Assembly (NCBI GenBank): GCA_012521015.1
Contig: JAAYNE010000093.1
Location: 1,420 to 65,419, forward strand
Length of the DNA stretch: 64,000 bases
Source of the DNA: Clostridiaceae bacterium
Lineage (GTDB): Bacteria; Bacillota; Clostridia; Saccharofermentanales; DTU023
Direction of reading: 5' to 3'
The position numbers were made by a program, and so were the translations under genes. Below are positions 40,451 through 51,022 of this stretch, piece after piece. The notes under the pieces are model-generated. The model ran no database searches, was not told the DNA's origin, and saw only the letters and a list, made by a program, of their open reading frames with translations. Within the stretch, counting starts at the first letter, position 1, and the number at the start of each line of letters is the position of its first letter.

Positions 40451-40750
40451 AAAATCTCTTTTCACATTTAAATAACTCTAGATTGTATAATCATATTAAT
40501 ATTAACAGATATCTTATAATTTTGTGCGAAAAATATTAAGATTATTTCTGTCCAATAGATTACCGACAACATAGACTTGCAAAATCTTAAAAATGAAATT
40601 GCTGTTATAGACGTCATCCACTAATTCAATGAAAAACCACTAACAATCTCAAAACTCGCAACTATAAATATAATCCAAGATTCGCTTTATCTTAACAAAA
40701 CATGCTTTCTCACGGATATCTATCCAGACAACGTGGAGTAGCTATACATT

Positions 40751-41890
40751 TTATATTTGGTCTAGATAGCTTTCAATTACTCGCAGTGCTGCTCCTCTAG
40801 AACTGGCATTCTCTCTTTTGATTTTAGAAAATCTGAAATACTTGTCTGAATCCAAAATATCAATTTGAGAAAGTTTTTTCTGAATAAGATCCTCGTAGGG
40901 AATCAAATATTCCGTTATTTCTCCTGCGACTACTACATCTAAACCTAGTATTAGCCTGATGTTGCTAATTCCAATACATAAAAAATCCAAATAATCTTCG
41001 AAAATTTTGCGATATTCTTTATTATTATTCAATTCTTCAAAAAAAGTCTCTAAAGAAATATTTAAATTATCAGAAAGAACCCTGGTACTAATGTATGTTT
41101 CTAGACACCCATTTCTACCACAATTACATGTGTTACCATGAGGTTCAACTATCATATGACCGAACTCTGCAATAATGTTATTGTTTCCCAAAAATGTTTT
41201 CCCGTCAATAATAATGGTACCTCCGACACCACCGGCAATATGAATATAAGCAAAACTGTTTTTAAAATTATCTTCCCAAGCCTCGCAAAAACCTCCTAGA
41301 TTTGCATCATTATCTACAATAAAAGGGAAATTACAATATTTACTAATTATGTCAAATGACCAATTCTTATAAGGTAATGAAGGAGCAAATTGTACGACAA
41401 TATTTTCATCATCATTTTTCAAGATGCCTGGTATAGAAAAACCGATTCCTTTAATTTTACATATATCTATTTTAGAACTAACAATGACTTCGTTAATATC
41501 ATTATTCATTTCTTCTCCATAATCTTCAGTTGCTTCGAAAGTTTTTATGTATTTGCGAGAAAAAATTTGTTCTCCAATTAAATTGATAATAGTTATAATA
41601 TAAAAAAGCCTTGTAATATAAACTCCAATACTATAAGCGTGAGAGCTATTACATATATAAGCAGCAGCCTTTCTCCCACCTGTTGATTGGAAAGTACCAT
41701 ATTGAATGATTGCCCCGATTTCTTCGAACTTCTTTAGATACTGATTGACCGTTGGAAAACTTAGATCTAAATTAATGGATAATTCTTGTTTAGAAACAGG
41801 ACCATTTTTGTACACATATTGGAACAACTTTTTCATATTGATTTCTTTTACGCTAATTGAAGAAATACTAGAGTCTATATCTAACCTCAT
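40751..41890 (-). CDS. ROK-family transcriptional regulator
   Basis: 379 aa; N-terminal wHTH, ROK zinc motif CNCGRNGCLE; divergent from a sugar ABC operon. Confidence 0.8.
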   Translation of the reverse strand: MRLDIDSSISSISVKEINMKKLFQYVYKNGPVSKQELSINLDLSFPTVNQYLKKFEEIGAIIQYGTFQSTGGRKAAAYICNSSHAYSIGVYITRLFYIITIINLIGEQIFSRKYIKTFEATEDYGEEMNNDINEVIVSSKIDICKIKGIGFSIPGILKNDDENIVVQFAPSLPYKNWSFDIISKYCNFPFIVDNDANLGGFCEAWEDNFKNSFAYIHIAGGVGGTIIIDGKTFLGNNNIIAEFGHMIVEPHGNTCNCGRNGCLETYISTRVLSDNLNISLETFFEELNNNKEYRKIFEDYLDFLCIGISNIRLILGLDVVVAGEITEYLIPYEDLIQKKLSQIDILDSDKYFRFSKIKRENASSRGAALRVIESYLDQI

Positions 41891-42010
41891 CCCTACATTC
41901 TCCTGCTATTTTATTTGATAATTAGTTTATCGGATAAATATGGTTCTTTTGATTATATAGCAACTAGGAGCAAAATGAAAAATTTTTTGTTTTTGACGAA
42001 AAAATACTAA

Positions 42011-42055
42011 CCTCCTACGGATTGAATTTTGGTCTAACTTTCGGGGGTCAATACA
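42011..42055 (-). mobile_element. Solo terminal inverted repeat (plus orfA RBS) of an IS3/IS150-group insertion sequence
   Basis: Minus strand reads TGTATTGACCCCCGAAAGTTAGACC…AGGAGG. This resembles IS150-group ends (TGTACTGACCCC…AAGTTGGAC) as I recall them. No transposase ORF follows. Confidence 0.45.
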
Positions 42056-42481
42056 TGAAAAATTTGGAGATGGTTTTCTTTATGTCAAAAACCTGTATTC
42101 AAGCATCCTTTCAACCTTTGTATCATTTATTTTACAGGAAGACAGGCCTGATATCTAGATCTCTGTTGTCTTGTTTTTTATGATTTCACTTTTATGTCAA
42201 GAAAATACAATGTACTAAATATCGATGGTGTTACAGCTAAAAATCGGGAACGTAGTTAGATTTGATGCTTACCATCTAGATAAAAATAAAGATAATAAGG
42301 TTCTATTTTCGAAAAAATAAGTTGTATGGTTTTTTTGAAAATATTCTAAAAAACAGAGCAAAAAAAAGACAAATAACACAAAGTTAACAAGAGATGTATG
42401 GGAACAATTGATGCAAATCAGAATGATATGATAAATTGTCTGCAAAGTTGTAATTTGTAATACTTTATTTGAGGGAATTCT

Positions 42482-44005
42482 ATGGGAAAAGATATAGATA
42501 ATAATGTTGTTTTGAAAGTTAACAATATTTCTAAAAATTTTGGGCCTACAAAGGCTTTGTCAAATGTGAGTATGGAATTTTTCAGAGGAGAAATTCGTGG
42601 CTTAATCGGTGAAAATGGCTCAGGTAAATCTACGCTCTGCAATATTTTGACAGGACAACATAAAGCAGATACGGGTGATATGTACTTGTTAGATAAATTA
42701 TATAAGCCTGAGAATAATGCCATTGCTCGGGATCTGGGTGTGAGTATGATTGTTCAAGAAATGGGGACGATCGATGGCTTAACAGTGAGTGAAAATATTT
42801 TTTTAGCGAAAGAAGATATTTTTAAAACAAATGGCTTGATAAACAAGAAAAAAATGAATGAGGCAGGAGAAAAGATTTTAAGAGAACTAGGCATAGATGA
42901 TATAAAAGCAACAATGTTAATTGAAGAGTTAAATTTTGAGCAAAGAAAATTAATTGAGATTGTTAGAGCTATTTATAGTAATCCTGATATTCTAATTGTA
43001 GATGAGACAAGCACTGCATTGTCTCAAAAAGGCAGAAAGCTTCTGTATGATATTATTGATAATTTAAAAGAAAACAATAAGACAGTAATTTTTATATCAC
43101 ATGACTTAGATGAAGTTTTTCAGGTTTGTGATACTGTATCAATTCTTAGAGATGGGATACATATTAAAACAACTTCAATAAAAGAAATAACTGAAGATCA
43201 AATGAGAAGATTAATGGTTGGCAGAGATATTGAAGGAGGTTACTATCGAAGTAGTTTTGAACCCAGTGATTTAGGTATTTTGGCATTGGAGTGCAATAAT
43301 TTATATACGAGGCATCTTAAAAATATTGATCTACAATTGAAATGGGGAGAAGTATTGGGGATAGCTGGCTTGACAGATTCTGGTATGAGAGAGTTAGGAC
43401 AGGCTATTTTCGGACTAATAAATATTGTTCATGGTTCAGTTTCCGTTTTTAATAAGCTTGGAGAAAATAAACGAGTGATTAGGAACACACAACAGGCAAT
43501 TGATAATAAAATTGGGTATGTTTCTAAAAACAGAGATAAAGAAGCTCTAATGTTACTTTCTAGCATCAAAGAAAATATAGTGCTTCCTTCCTTAGATTTT
43601 TTAAAAACAGGTATATATGTTTCTCCTAAAAAAGAAAGAAAGATGGCGGATAAATATTCTAAACAAATGGAAGTTGTTATGCAAAACACAGATCAATTAG
43701 CAATCCATCTTTCTGGTGGAAATAAACAAAAAGTTGTATTAGCCAAATGGCTAGCTAATAAATCTGAAATATTAGTTTTAGATTGCCCTACCCGAGGTAT
43801 AGATGTAGGAGTAAAAAGCAGTATTTATTCTATGATATCTGAATGGAAGAAAGAAGGAAAAGCAATAATAATGATTTCAGAGGAGTTGCCCGAAATTATA
43901 GGCATGAGTGATAGGGTTTTGGTCTTTAAGAATGGAGAAATTAATAAAGAATTTATTAGATCAACTGAAATGACAGAGCATGCTTTAATACAATATATGA
44001 TTTAA
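42482..44005 (+). CDS. CUT2-type sugar ABC transporter ATP-binding protein (duplicated ABC domains)
   Basis: 507 aa; Walker A GENGSGKST, second-domain signature LSGGNKQK. Confidence 0.85.
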   Translation: MGKDIDNNVVLKVNNISKNFGPTKALSNVSMEFFRGEIRGLIGENGSGKSTLCNILTGQHKADTGDMYLLDKLYKPENNAIARDLGVSMIVQEMGTIDGLTVSENIFLAKEDIFKTNGLINKKKMNEAGEKILRELGIDDIKATMLIEELNFEQRKLIEIVRAIYSNPDILIVDETSTALSQKGRKLLYDIIDNLKENNKTVIFISHDLDEVFQVCDTVSILRDGIHIKTTSIKEITEDQMRRLMVGRDIEGGYYRSSFEPSDLGILALECNNLYTRHLKNIDLQLKWGEVLGIAGLTDSGMRELGQAIFGLINIVHGSVSVFNKLGENKRVIRNTQQAIDNKIGYVSKNRDKEALMLLSSIKENIVLPSLDFLKTGIYVSPKKERKMADKYSKQMEVVMQNTDQLAIHLSGGNKQKVVLAKWLANKSEILVLDCPTRGIDVGVKSSIYSMISEWKKEGKAIIMISEELPEIIGMSDRVLVFKNGEINKEFIRSTEMTEHALIQYMI

Positions 44006-44020
44006 TAGGAGAAATATTTA

Positions 44021-45001
44021 ATGAGAAAAATAGAGACTGAAAAAACAAGGACTGAGAAATCTTTAAATTTTGATCGTAGAACCATAAAAGAACGATTAAG
44101 TTCGATTGTACCCTACGTAGGCCTTTTGTTTATTGTCTTGTTTTTTCAAATAGTTACAAAGGGACAATTATTAAAACCAAATAATCTAAGAACAGTATTC
44201 AACCAATTATTTACTACGTTTCTAGGAGCTTGTGGTTTATCTTTTGTAATTGCACAAGGGAATTTAGATTTGTCACTAGGTTCAGTAGCAGGTTTTGCAG
44301 CAGCTGTAGCAGGCATAATAGGTTCATCCTTGGGATTAGTGCCAACAATATTAATCTCTTTAATTATTGGAACAATAATTGGCATGATAACAGGTTTAAT
44401 ACATGTCAAATTTAATGCGCCTGCAACCATAGTAACAATTTGCATGCAATTTTTGCTCAGAGGTTTTATTGCGGTTCTAACATTAAAGGGACTGTTTGTT
44501 CCTTTGGCATGGGGTTGGATGGATAGTATAACTGTAAAAGTTATTGTCATCTCCCTTTTCTTTGTGGTTTTTCTTTACATGTTTGAGTATACAAAACTTG
44601 GAAAACATTCTAAGGCTATTGGTTCAGCACAGTTAGCAGCAGCTCAATCTGGAGTCAGGGTAGACAAGATGAAGATTTTTGCATATGTAATCAGTGGAAT
44701 GGTTGCAGGTTTATGTGGATTTTTCATGATGATACGTGCGGGATCAGTTGCTCCCACAACAGGAACATCTTTCGAAATGGATGTTTTATTGGCAATTGTG
44801 CTTGGTGGGATGCCGTTGTCTGGCGGATCTCATGCTAAAATTAGAGCTGCATTTCTAGGGAGTATCACTCTGGCATTCTTAATGAATGGTTTGATTGTTT
44901 GGGGTGTGTCGGATACTGTCCAACAGGGCGTAAAAGGGGCGATTTTATTGGTTTCAGCCACATTGTCTTATGAACGAGATAATATGGAGATAATAAAATA
45001 A
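44021..45001 (+). CDS. CUT2 sugar ABC permease 1
   Basis: 326 aa RbsC/YtfT-like polytopic protein. Confidence 0.8.
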   Translation: MRKIETEKTRTEKSLNFDRRTIKERLSSIVPYVGLLFIVLFFQIVTKGQLLKPNNLRTVFNQLFTTFLGACGLSFVIAQGNLDLSLGSVAGFAAAVAGIIGSSLGLVPTILISLIIGTIIGMITGLIHVKFNAPATIVTICMQFLLRGFIAVLTLKGLFVPLAWGWMDSITVKVIVISLFFVVFLYMFEYTKLGKHSKAIGSAQLAAAQSGVRVDKMKIFAYVISGMVAGLCGFFMMIRAGSVAPTTGTSFEMDVLLAIVLGGMPLSGGSHAKIRAAFLGSITLAFLMNGLIVWGVSDTVQQGVKGAILLVSATLSYERDNMEIIK

Positions 45002-45023
45002 AAAGAATGAAAAGGAGAAAAAA

Positions 45024-46283
45024 ATGAAAATTAGAAGAGTTCTTTGCTTTATTTTAAGTTTAGTATTGATGTTTTCAGTTATAACAGCATGTGCTTCATC
45101 AAGTAAAGAGTCAAAAGAAGAATCAAAAGAAGAATCAAAAGAAGAATCAAAAGAAGAATCAAAAGAGGGAGCAAAGGAAGTAGACGATTCCAAAGAAGAC
45201 GCCAAAAAAGATGATTCAGATAAAGAAGTAGCTGAATCCCAAGTTCCGAAAATTGGAATTATAATTTGGGGAACAACTGACGCCTTAGGAAGAAATTCGA
45301 CAATGATGGTTGAAAAGTTAGTTAAACAAGCCGGTGGAGAGGTAGTTATAGATACTTCTGCTACTTCACCTGAAACGCAAATTCAAGCAGCTGAAAATTT
45401 AATTTCTGCCGGATGCAATGGCATACTAATTGTTAATTATTCTGACCAAATGTTGCCCAAATTGAGCCAAATCTGCGAAGAAAATGAGGTTTATTGGGGA
45501 TTGACGTGGAGAAGAATAATAAATGATGAAATCAGAGAAGAAGTAATAAAGTCAAAGTATTTTGTAGGATATACAGCTGAAGATGAAATTGAAATTTCCG
45601 AAAGACTTGCAAGATCTTTAGCTGAATCTGGTGCAAAAGAAGTGGCTGTCGTAAGCAGCAATGTTGGTGACACGACTCATGATATGAGAAACGAAGGTTT
45701 CGATAATATATGTGCAGAAACAGATATGGAAAGAGTAACTGAATACCGTGGTGGCAGAAGTGCTCCTGAAGTTATGGAAGCTGTAGAAAAATTTCTCACT
45801 GGTTTTCCTAATCTAGATGCAATCTTTATGACAGGCGGCACAAACAGTCAATTGGAAGGAGCTTTAGCTGCGTTGGATAAGCACGATAAACGTGGAGAAA
45901 TTCCAATAGCTGTTATAGATTTCATTGATGCAGATCTTATGAAAGAATATTTAGAAGACGGAACAATATTTAATATCGCTGGAGGGCATTATGTAGATCC
46001 TATTTATACAGCTTCATTGGTTGTTAATGCAATTGAAGGTAATCCTCTCAGTGATGTTCATGAAGAAATAACGTTAGAATTCATCGATTTTTCTGGCGTA
46101 GAAGATGCGATTGATTATTATAAATATGTTGAGAATGATGAAGATGGAATATATGCGTATACAGAGGAAGAACTTGGTCAAATGATAAAATCAATTAATC
46201 CCGAGTTTACCATCGAAGAATTAAAACAAATTGCACTTGACTATAGTATTGAAGATGTCATGGAACGACATGGTGTAAAATAA
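45024..46283 (+). CDS. Sugar ABC substrate-binding lipoprotein (Peripla_BP-type) with repeat-encoded acidic linker
   Basis: Lipobox VITAC; (SKEE)n linker; type I periplasmic binding fold; ~50-aa C-terminal extension. Confidence 0.75.
   Translation: MKIRRVLCFILSLVLMFSVITACASSSKESKEESKEESKEESKEESKEGAKEVDDSKEDAKKDDSDKEVAESQVPKIGIIIWGTTDALGRNSTMMVEKLVKQAGGEVVIDTSATSPETQIQAAENLISAGCNGILIVNYSDQMLPKLSQICEENEVYWGLTWRRIINDEIREEVIKSKYFVGYTAEDEIEISERLARSLAESGAKEVAVVSSNVGDTTHDMRNEGFDNICAETDMERVTEYRGGRSAPEVMEAVEKFLTGFPNLDAIFMTGGTNSQLEGALAALDKHDKRGEIPIAVIDFIDADLMKEYLEDGTIFNIAGGHYVDPIYTASLVVNAIEGNPLSDVHEEITLEFIDFSGVEDAIDYYKYVENDEDGIYAYTEEELGQMIKSINPEFTIEELKQIALDYSIEDVMERHGVK
45111..45170 (+). repeat. 12-bp tandem repeat inside the SBP gene
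   Basis: TCAAAAGAAGAA x4 perfect (45111-45158) plus one variant copy; encodes SKEESKEESKEE…. Confidence 0.9.
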
Positions 46284-46292
46284 TCTGATGAT

Positions 46293-46324
46293 GTAGGTAA
46301 TAAGTTAATAAGCTTATTGCCTAC
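46293..46324 (+). promoter_or_regulatory. Intra-operon hairpin after the SBP gene
   Basis: 12-bp stem GTAGGTAATAAG/CTTATTGCCTAC (one G-U), 10 nt after the SBP stop; weak T-tract. Confidence 0.45.
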
Positions 46325-46359
46325 TATTTATAACAACTATAACAAGAGGGAAAATCCAA

Positions 46360-47343
46360 ATGAACAAGAATAACAAAACAAGTCGATTTCTATTGAGAAT
46401 AATAATATCTTTATTGTTACCCTTGATTGTATATATAATATTTAAATTAATTAGACCAACAACATTTGGTTCTTTGGAAGCTTTATATATAATTTTTCAG
46501 CAAGCAATGGTTGCAACATTAATTTCTTTAGGAATGTTACTAAACATGACGATTGGAATTTGGGATTTTAGTGCCGGGGCTATTGTTACGATGGTAGGAA
46601 TAATTTTGGGACATGTTGCGAATTCGTTTGGTAATATTTTAATAATGATTATAGCAACCTTACTTCTTGGTATCGTTGTAGGATTGTTAGATGCGTCGTT
46701 ATATACGATAACCAGGGTACCTTCGGTTGTTATAACGATTTCTTTGCTTTTAATGTATGAATCGTTTGCATCAACATATAAAGGTGGTCTGGGAGTCTCT
46801 ATTGCTAAAGAGCTGGCAATACTTGGAAGCTCTCCATGGATTTTTATTGTTTCTTTTATTATGTTGTCTGTTATGTATATCATATACAATAAAACAAAAT
46901 TAGGATTTGGTGCAAGAGCAATAGGAAGCAATGAGATAGTTGCGAAATCAGCAGGATTTAATCCTAAGAAGATTAAATTTTATTCATTCTTTCTAGCTGG
47001 ATTATTTTATTCAGTTGCCGGGTTAATTAATCTTTCCTACGGAACAGCTTTATCACCAGGCAAAAACATGTCTACTCTAGAATTAAATTTCAATTCAATG
47101 ATTGCAGTCTTTATTGCAATGTATTTATCTAAGCAGTGCAATCCGGTTATTGGTTTGATTATAGGTAATTTTACAATGAAGTTGTTGAGTGCAGGATTAG
47201 TGGCGGCAGGGGTCCCGGGTACGATGCAAAAAGTGCTTATAGGGGTATTATTAATTTTCTTTATGAGCTTTAATGGTGCCAAAGATAACCTCAAGGAAAA
47301 GCAAGCTGACTTTAAAAATTATAATTCAATACAAAATTCTTAA
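46360..47343 (+). CDS. CUT2 sugar ABC permease 2
   Basis: 327 aa RbsC/YjfF-like polytopic protein. Confidence 0.8.
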   Translation: MNKNNKTSRFLLRIIISLLLPLIVYIIFKLIRPTTFGSLEALYIIFQQAMVATLISLGMLLNMTIGIWDFSAGAIVTMVGIILGHVANSFGNILIMIIATLLLGIVVGLLDASLYTITRVPSVVITISLLLMYESFASTYKGGLGVSIAKELAILGSSPWIFIVSFIMLSVMYIIYNKTKLGFGARAIGSNEIVAKSAGFNPKKIKFYSFFLAGLFYSVAGLINLSYGTALSPGKNMSTLELNFNSMIAVFIAMYLSKQCNPVIGLIIGNFTMKLLSAGLVAAGVPGTMQKVLIGVLLIFFMSFNGAKDNLKEKQADFKNYNSIQNS

Positions 47344-47507
47344 AAGTTAATTTTATAAAATTTGTTGAGTTATATATTGTTGACTAAAGGTGGGGAACGG
47401 GATTCTAAATTGAATTAACAAAAATTTAAAAGTTAAATTTGATCAAGAATAAATATAATAATATACGTGTGAAATAGCCTGAAATTCAATTTGTAAAGGA
47501 GAAGAAT

Positions 47508-49511
47508 ATGAACTTATCAGCATACGAGAAAATACATTTTGGTGTGGACTATTATCCAGAACATTGGCCAAAAGAAAGATGGAAAAAAGATGCTACTTTA
47601 ATGAAAGAATTAGGAATAGATGTTATTCGTATTGCCGAATTTTCATGGAGTAAATATGAGCCTGAGGAGGGGAAATATGATTTTTCTTTGATTGATGAAG
47701 TGATTGAACTAATGTCAGAATACGAGTTTAAAATCATACTCGGAACACCTTCAGCTGCACCTCCTGCATGGCTAATTAAGAAGTATCCCGATGTTCAACC
47801 AATAGATTATGAAGGTAAGAGGAGACATTTTGGTGGAAGGCATCATGCTTGTCAGTCAAATAAGCACTTAAGAGACTATATTGATAAATATGTAAATCGT
47901 TTTGCAGACCATTTCTCTGATAACGAAAATGTGTTTGGTTGGCAAATTGATAATGAATTAGGTAATAGTCATGGAGATTTATGCTATTGTGATAGTTGCC
48001 AAGAGGAATTCAGAAAGTGGCTTAAGAATAAATATGGAACGATTAATGAATTAAATGAAAAATGGGGTACTGTATTTTGGAGTCAAGGTTATCGCGATTT
48101 TGATGAAATTATTGCTCCTAAAATTACAGTTACAGGGAGAAATCCTTCTCAGATTTTAGATTGGAAATTGTTTTGTTCTGACTTGATTGTAGATTTTCAT
48201 AAACATCAATCATCGATAATTAGAAGATATTCAGATAAACCAATCACTCATAATTTTATGGGTTTTGCAAATAAAGTGAATTATTTTGACTTAGCAGAGG
48301 ATTTAGAGTTTGTCTCTCATGATCAATATCCGGGATTGTTCCATACAGATTTTCTCCATGTCAGGAATAGTGACCTTGCTGCAGCTTTAGATTTAATGCG
48401 TGGAACCAAGAAACAACCATATTGGATAATGGAACAACAATCTGGAATTACAGGTTGGGAAATAATGGGTCGATCCCCTAAACCGGGTCAATTAAGTCTA
48501 TGGGCAGGTCAATCTATTGCACATGGTGCAGATTGTGTCGTTTTTTTTAGATGGAGAAATTGTATTTACGGAACAGAACAATATTGGCATGGGATTTTAC
48601 CACATAGTGGTATTCCGGGAAGGAATTATAATGAATTGAAAGAGTTTATCAATAAATTCAAGCCTTTAATGGAAAAAATAAAAGGTGCAATGCCACAAAA
48701 TAAAGTTGGAATTGTATTTTCATATAATCAAGAATATGCCTTAGAAATCCAACCACATCATCCTGACTTTAGTTATACGGAACAAGTAAAAAATTATTAT
48801 AACGCTTTTCACAGTTTAAACATACCGGTCGATTTTTTGTCTGAAGATTCTGATTTTGAAAATTACAACTTAATAGTAGCGCCCTCACAATATTTAATGT
48901 CTGATAAATTGGAAGATAAATATTGTGAATATGTTAATCAGGGTGGGCAACTCATCTTAACTATGAGAAGTGGTGTGAAGGATGAAAATAATATATGCCG
49001 AACAAGTGGATCTTTGCCTTGCGGAAGGTTGACGGAATTATTAGGTATAGAAATATTGGAATACGACTGTTTGCGGGATGTTCTAGGTACGGTGGTGTTT
49101 GAAAATAAAAATTATGATGTTGATATTTGGGCTGATATTCTGTCTTTGAGAACTGCAAAAGAATTAGCTACGTATGGTTTTGAGTATTATCAAGGTGAGC
49201 CAAGCATTACTGTTAATGAATTTGGGAGAGGAAAAGCATACTATATTGGTACGAATCCCAGTAAAGAGTTATTAATTAAATTTATTAAACTAATTGGTGA
49301 GGACATTGATTTAAATTTAAACTCTAAACTATTAATAGACGGAGTAGAATTTGTTTCCAGACAAGATGAAAATACAGAATATATATTTGCGTTAAATCAC
49401 AATGAAAAAACAGTGTCATTTGAGCGGTTAGAAGGTTGGGTAGATTATTTTGAAGAACAATCTTCCAAAATCAAACCATACCAGATAAATGTATATAAAA
49501 AGAGTTTATAG
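47508..49511 (+). CDS. GH42 beta-galactosidase
   Basis: 667 aa; FGVDYYPEHWP start and Cys cluster CYCDSC typical of GH42. Confidence 0.85.
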   Translation: MNLSAYEKIHFGVDYYPEHWPKERWKKDATLMKELGIDVIRIAEFSWSKYEPEEGKYDFSLIDEVIELMSEYEFKIILGTPSAAPPAWLIKKYPDVQPIDYEGKRRHFGGRHHACQSNKHLRDYIDKYVNRFADHFSDNENVFGWQIDNELGNSHGDLCYCDSCQEEFRKWLKNKYGTINELNEKWGTVFWSQGYRDFDEIIAPKITVTGRNPSQILDWKLFCSDLIVDFHKHQSSIIRRYSDKPITHNFMGFANKVNYFDLAEDLEFVSHDQYPGLFHTDFLHVRNSDLAAALDLMRGTKKQPYWIMEQQSGITGWEIMGRSPKPGQLSLWAGQSIAHGADCVVFFRWRNCIYGTEQYWHGILPHSGIPGRNYNELKEFINKFKPLMEKIKGAMPQNKVGIVFSYNQEYALEIQPHHPDFSYTEQVKNYYNAFHSLNIPVDFLSEDSDFENYNLIVAPSQYLMSDKLEDKYCEYVNQGGQLILTMRSGVKDENNICRTSGSLPCGRLTELLGIEILEYDCLRDVLGTVVFENKNYDVDIWADILSLRTAKELATYGFEYYQGEPSITVNEFGRGKAYYIGTNPSKELLIKFIKLIGEDIDLNLNSKLLIDGVEFVSRQDENTEYIFALNHNEKTVSFERLEGWVDYFEEQSSKIKPYQINVYKKSL

Positions 49512-49533
49512 GATCTATAGTTAATATTTATTT

Positions 49534-49565
49534 CTAACTCAAACAATATATATTGTTTGAGTTAG
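49534..49565. terminator. Perfect 32-bp palindrome downstream of GH42
   Basis: CTAACTCAAACAATAT|ATATTGTTTGAGTTAG, 22 nt after the stop codon; no clear U-tract. Confidence 0.45.
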
Positions 49566-49629
49566 ATTCATATCTGTTCTATCAAGTGGGATTTAAAGAT
49601 GGAATTAATGCTGGAATGAGTATTCAGGT

Positions 49630-50763
49630 TTGTTTTTGCAAAAGAAATTTGAAGGAGCAAGTGTAAACGAATTGTCAGGTCAAGTGTTTAAATACATAAA
49701 AATAGCCAACATATTAAGAAATGAAATAATAAAGAAAAACTATTTGTTTGGTGATAAATTACCTTCGGAGAAATCTTTATGTGATGAATATTCAGTATCT
49801 AGAGAAACTGTAAGAAAAGCTTTTTCAGTGTTGCAATCTGGTAATTATGTTAAGCCTATCAAAGGTAGTGGAACTTACGTCACATATAATAAAAATGAAG
49901 AGGATGCAGAGAAAAGTTCAATGACAATAGGTGTTATTTCAACTTACTTTGATGATTATATCTTTCCTCCAATTATTAGAGGAATGAATAGGATTTTATC
50001 TGAAAATGGGTATTCTCTTCAACTATTTACAACTGATAACATAATAGAAAAGGAAACAATTGCTCTTAACAAATTACATTCGTTAAATATTGATGGTATT
50101 ATCGCAGAACCTACGAAAAGTGGATTTATTAATCCTAATATCTATTTATATAAAAAATTTATAGACGAGAAGATACCCGTTATTTTTTTTAATTCATATT
50201 ATCCAGAATTAAGGGAAATTCCGTATGTTAGTTTAGACGACAGAGAAGCAGGAAAATTGGCTACTAATATCTTATTTAAAAATAACCATAGGAATATTGT
50301 CAGTATTATGAAACGTGATGATTTACAAGGTCAGTTAAGATATAAGGGTTTTTTGGATGTTTTATTTGAAAACAACATTGATATTAATATTGACAAGCAT
50401 ATATGGTATACAACAGAGGACTTGAGAAATATTGAAAATATTTTCGAGAAAGAGTTAATGAGGTTCATAGGAGATGCCACAGCTATATTTTGTTATAACG
50501 ATTTAATTGCTTACAAGGCAATAGATTTCCTGTTATCTGCAGGAATAAGGGTTCCGGAAGATATTTCGATAATAAGTGTTGATAATTTGTCGTTTGCGAA
50601 ATATCATCATTTTCCTATAGCATCTATAAATCATCCAAAATCATTATTAGGGCAAAAGGTTGCTGAAAACATTTTGGAGATGATAAGGAAAAAAACAGTA
50701 GGTAGTGATTTTCTTTTCCCCGCAGAATTTGTAAGTGGTAGAACAATACGATTTAACAAATAA
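49630..50763 (+). CDS. araR: AraR-like regulator (GntR wHTH + LacI/PBP-type sugar-binding domain)
   Basis: …SEKSLCDEYSVSRETVRKAF… GntR HTH followed by a periplasmic-binding-like domain. Start uncertain (TTG 49630, TTG 49672 or GTG 49684). Confidence 0.7.
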   Translation: MFLQKKFEGASVNELSGQVFKYIKIANILRNEIIKKNYLFGDKLPSEKSLCDEYSVSRETVRKAFSVLQSGNYVKPIKGSGTYVTYNKNEEDAEKSSMTIGVISTYFDDYIFPPIIRGMNRILSENGYSLQLFTTDNIIEKETIALNKLHSLNIDGIIAEPTKSGFINPNIYLYKKFIDEKIPVIFFNSYYPELREIPYVSLDDREAGKLATNILFKNNHRNIVSIMKRDDLQGQLRYKGFLDVLFENNIDINIDKHIWYTTEDLRNIENIFEKELMRFIGDATAIFCYNDLIAYKAIDFLLSAGIRVPEDISIISVDNLSFAKYHHFPIASINHPKSLLGQKVAENILEMIRKKTVGSDFLFPAEFVSGRTIRFNK

Positions 50764-51022
50764 TAATATCGATAACTCACTTTCCCACATAGGGAAAATT
50801 GAATCGATAAATTTTTAAGATTTGATAAGAAAAACAATTCAAATTTTTAAAACAAGGAATTTGGAAATCAGAATCAGTCTCAAGTAATCAAATCAATGTG
50901 TCATTTATGAAAAATACTGAAAGACAAATGGCTTTTTATTGAAATCAGTGGGATTAAGAGAAGCAAAAATGAATTCACGGAATAATCTTACTAGATAAAC
51001 TTTTAAAGAAAGGGATTTAAAA

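Noticed and set aside
45111-45170. Possible CRISPR or other spaced repeat array
   Set aside because: The units are contiguous 12-mers with no spacers, and they lie in frame within a coding sequence. No CRISPR-like array was seen anywhere in the window.
44954-45205. Minus-strand ORF encoding SFDSSFDSSFDS repeats
   Set aside because: It is the mirror image of the 12-bp tandem repeat inside the SBP gene. The + strand frame has the lipoprotein signal and binding-protein fold.
49662-49677. cre (CcpA)-like TGTAAACGAATTGTCA at the start of the AraR-like gene
   Set aside because: It mismatches the conserved C at the penultimate core position and is not symmetric. By-eye scanning found no better cre candidates, so no catabolite-control claim is made.
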